Assembly (NCBI RefSeq): GCF_009834535.1 | Contig: NC_045696.1 | Span: 67,520,001-67,584,000, forward strand | Origin: Camelus ferus | Taxonomy: Eukaryota | DNA length: 64,000 nucleotides | Direction of reading: 5' to 3' | Shown: positions 63,895 through 64,000 of the stretch, piece after piece | How positions within the stretch are numbered: the first letter of the stretch is position 1 | How the letters are laid out: every line of letters starts with the position of its first letter | Notes under the pieces: model-generated | The model's input: the letters and a program-made list of their open reading frames with translations, nothing else | The model's database searches: none | What the model was told of the DNA's origin: nothing | Translations under genes and position numbers: made by a program

Positions 63895-64000
63895 TCATTT
63901 CATCTTTGCGAGCCTTTGGGGAGAATCCTGCAGTCACCGCTATGTGTATGAGGAAACTGAGGCTTAGAAAGATCATGTCGCCTTCCCAAGGAGACAAAGT
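63895..64000 (-). mobile_element. MIR SINE, runs off the window
   Basis: atgaggaaactgaggcttagaaag. Confidence 0.8.

Noticed and set aside
1..64000. CRISPR array, prophage, operon or defence system
   Set aside because: The DNA is eukaryotic, with no repeat-spacer arrays and no long or clustered ORFs.

Overview
Mammalian nuclear DNA, almost certainly from a camelid (camel, llama, alpaca or vicuna): it carries two copies of the tRNA-Ala-derived vic-1 SINE and artiodactyl-type L1 3' ends. The window is non-coding, intronic or intergenic, and dense in old repeats: MIR, L2, L3/CR1, L1M-type LINEs, MaLR LTRs, and MER2B, MER3, MER5 and MER112 DNA transposons, plus microsatellites. I recognise no host-gene coding exon, functional RNA gene or CRISPR array. 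The only ORFs I can assign are decayed L1 ORF2 fragments; the rest of the ORF track looks like chance. I did not find a convincing previously undescribed biological system. The best-supported observations are structural: a twin-priming 5'-inverted old L1, an inverted pair of vic-1 SINEs, nested insertions, a microsatellite palindrome and a long polypyrimidine tract. Weaker, inferential ones are a few promoter-like or enhancer-like islands and candidate exons, mostly on the minus strand. Repeat subfamily names come from recalled consensus sequences, and boundaries of old repeats are approximate to tens of bases.
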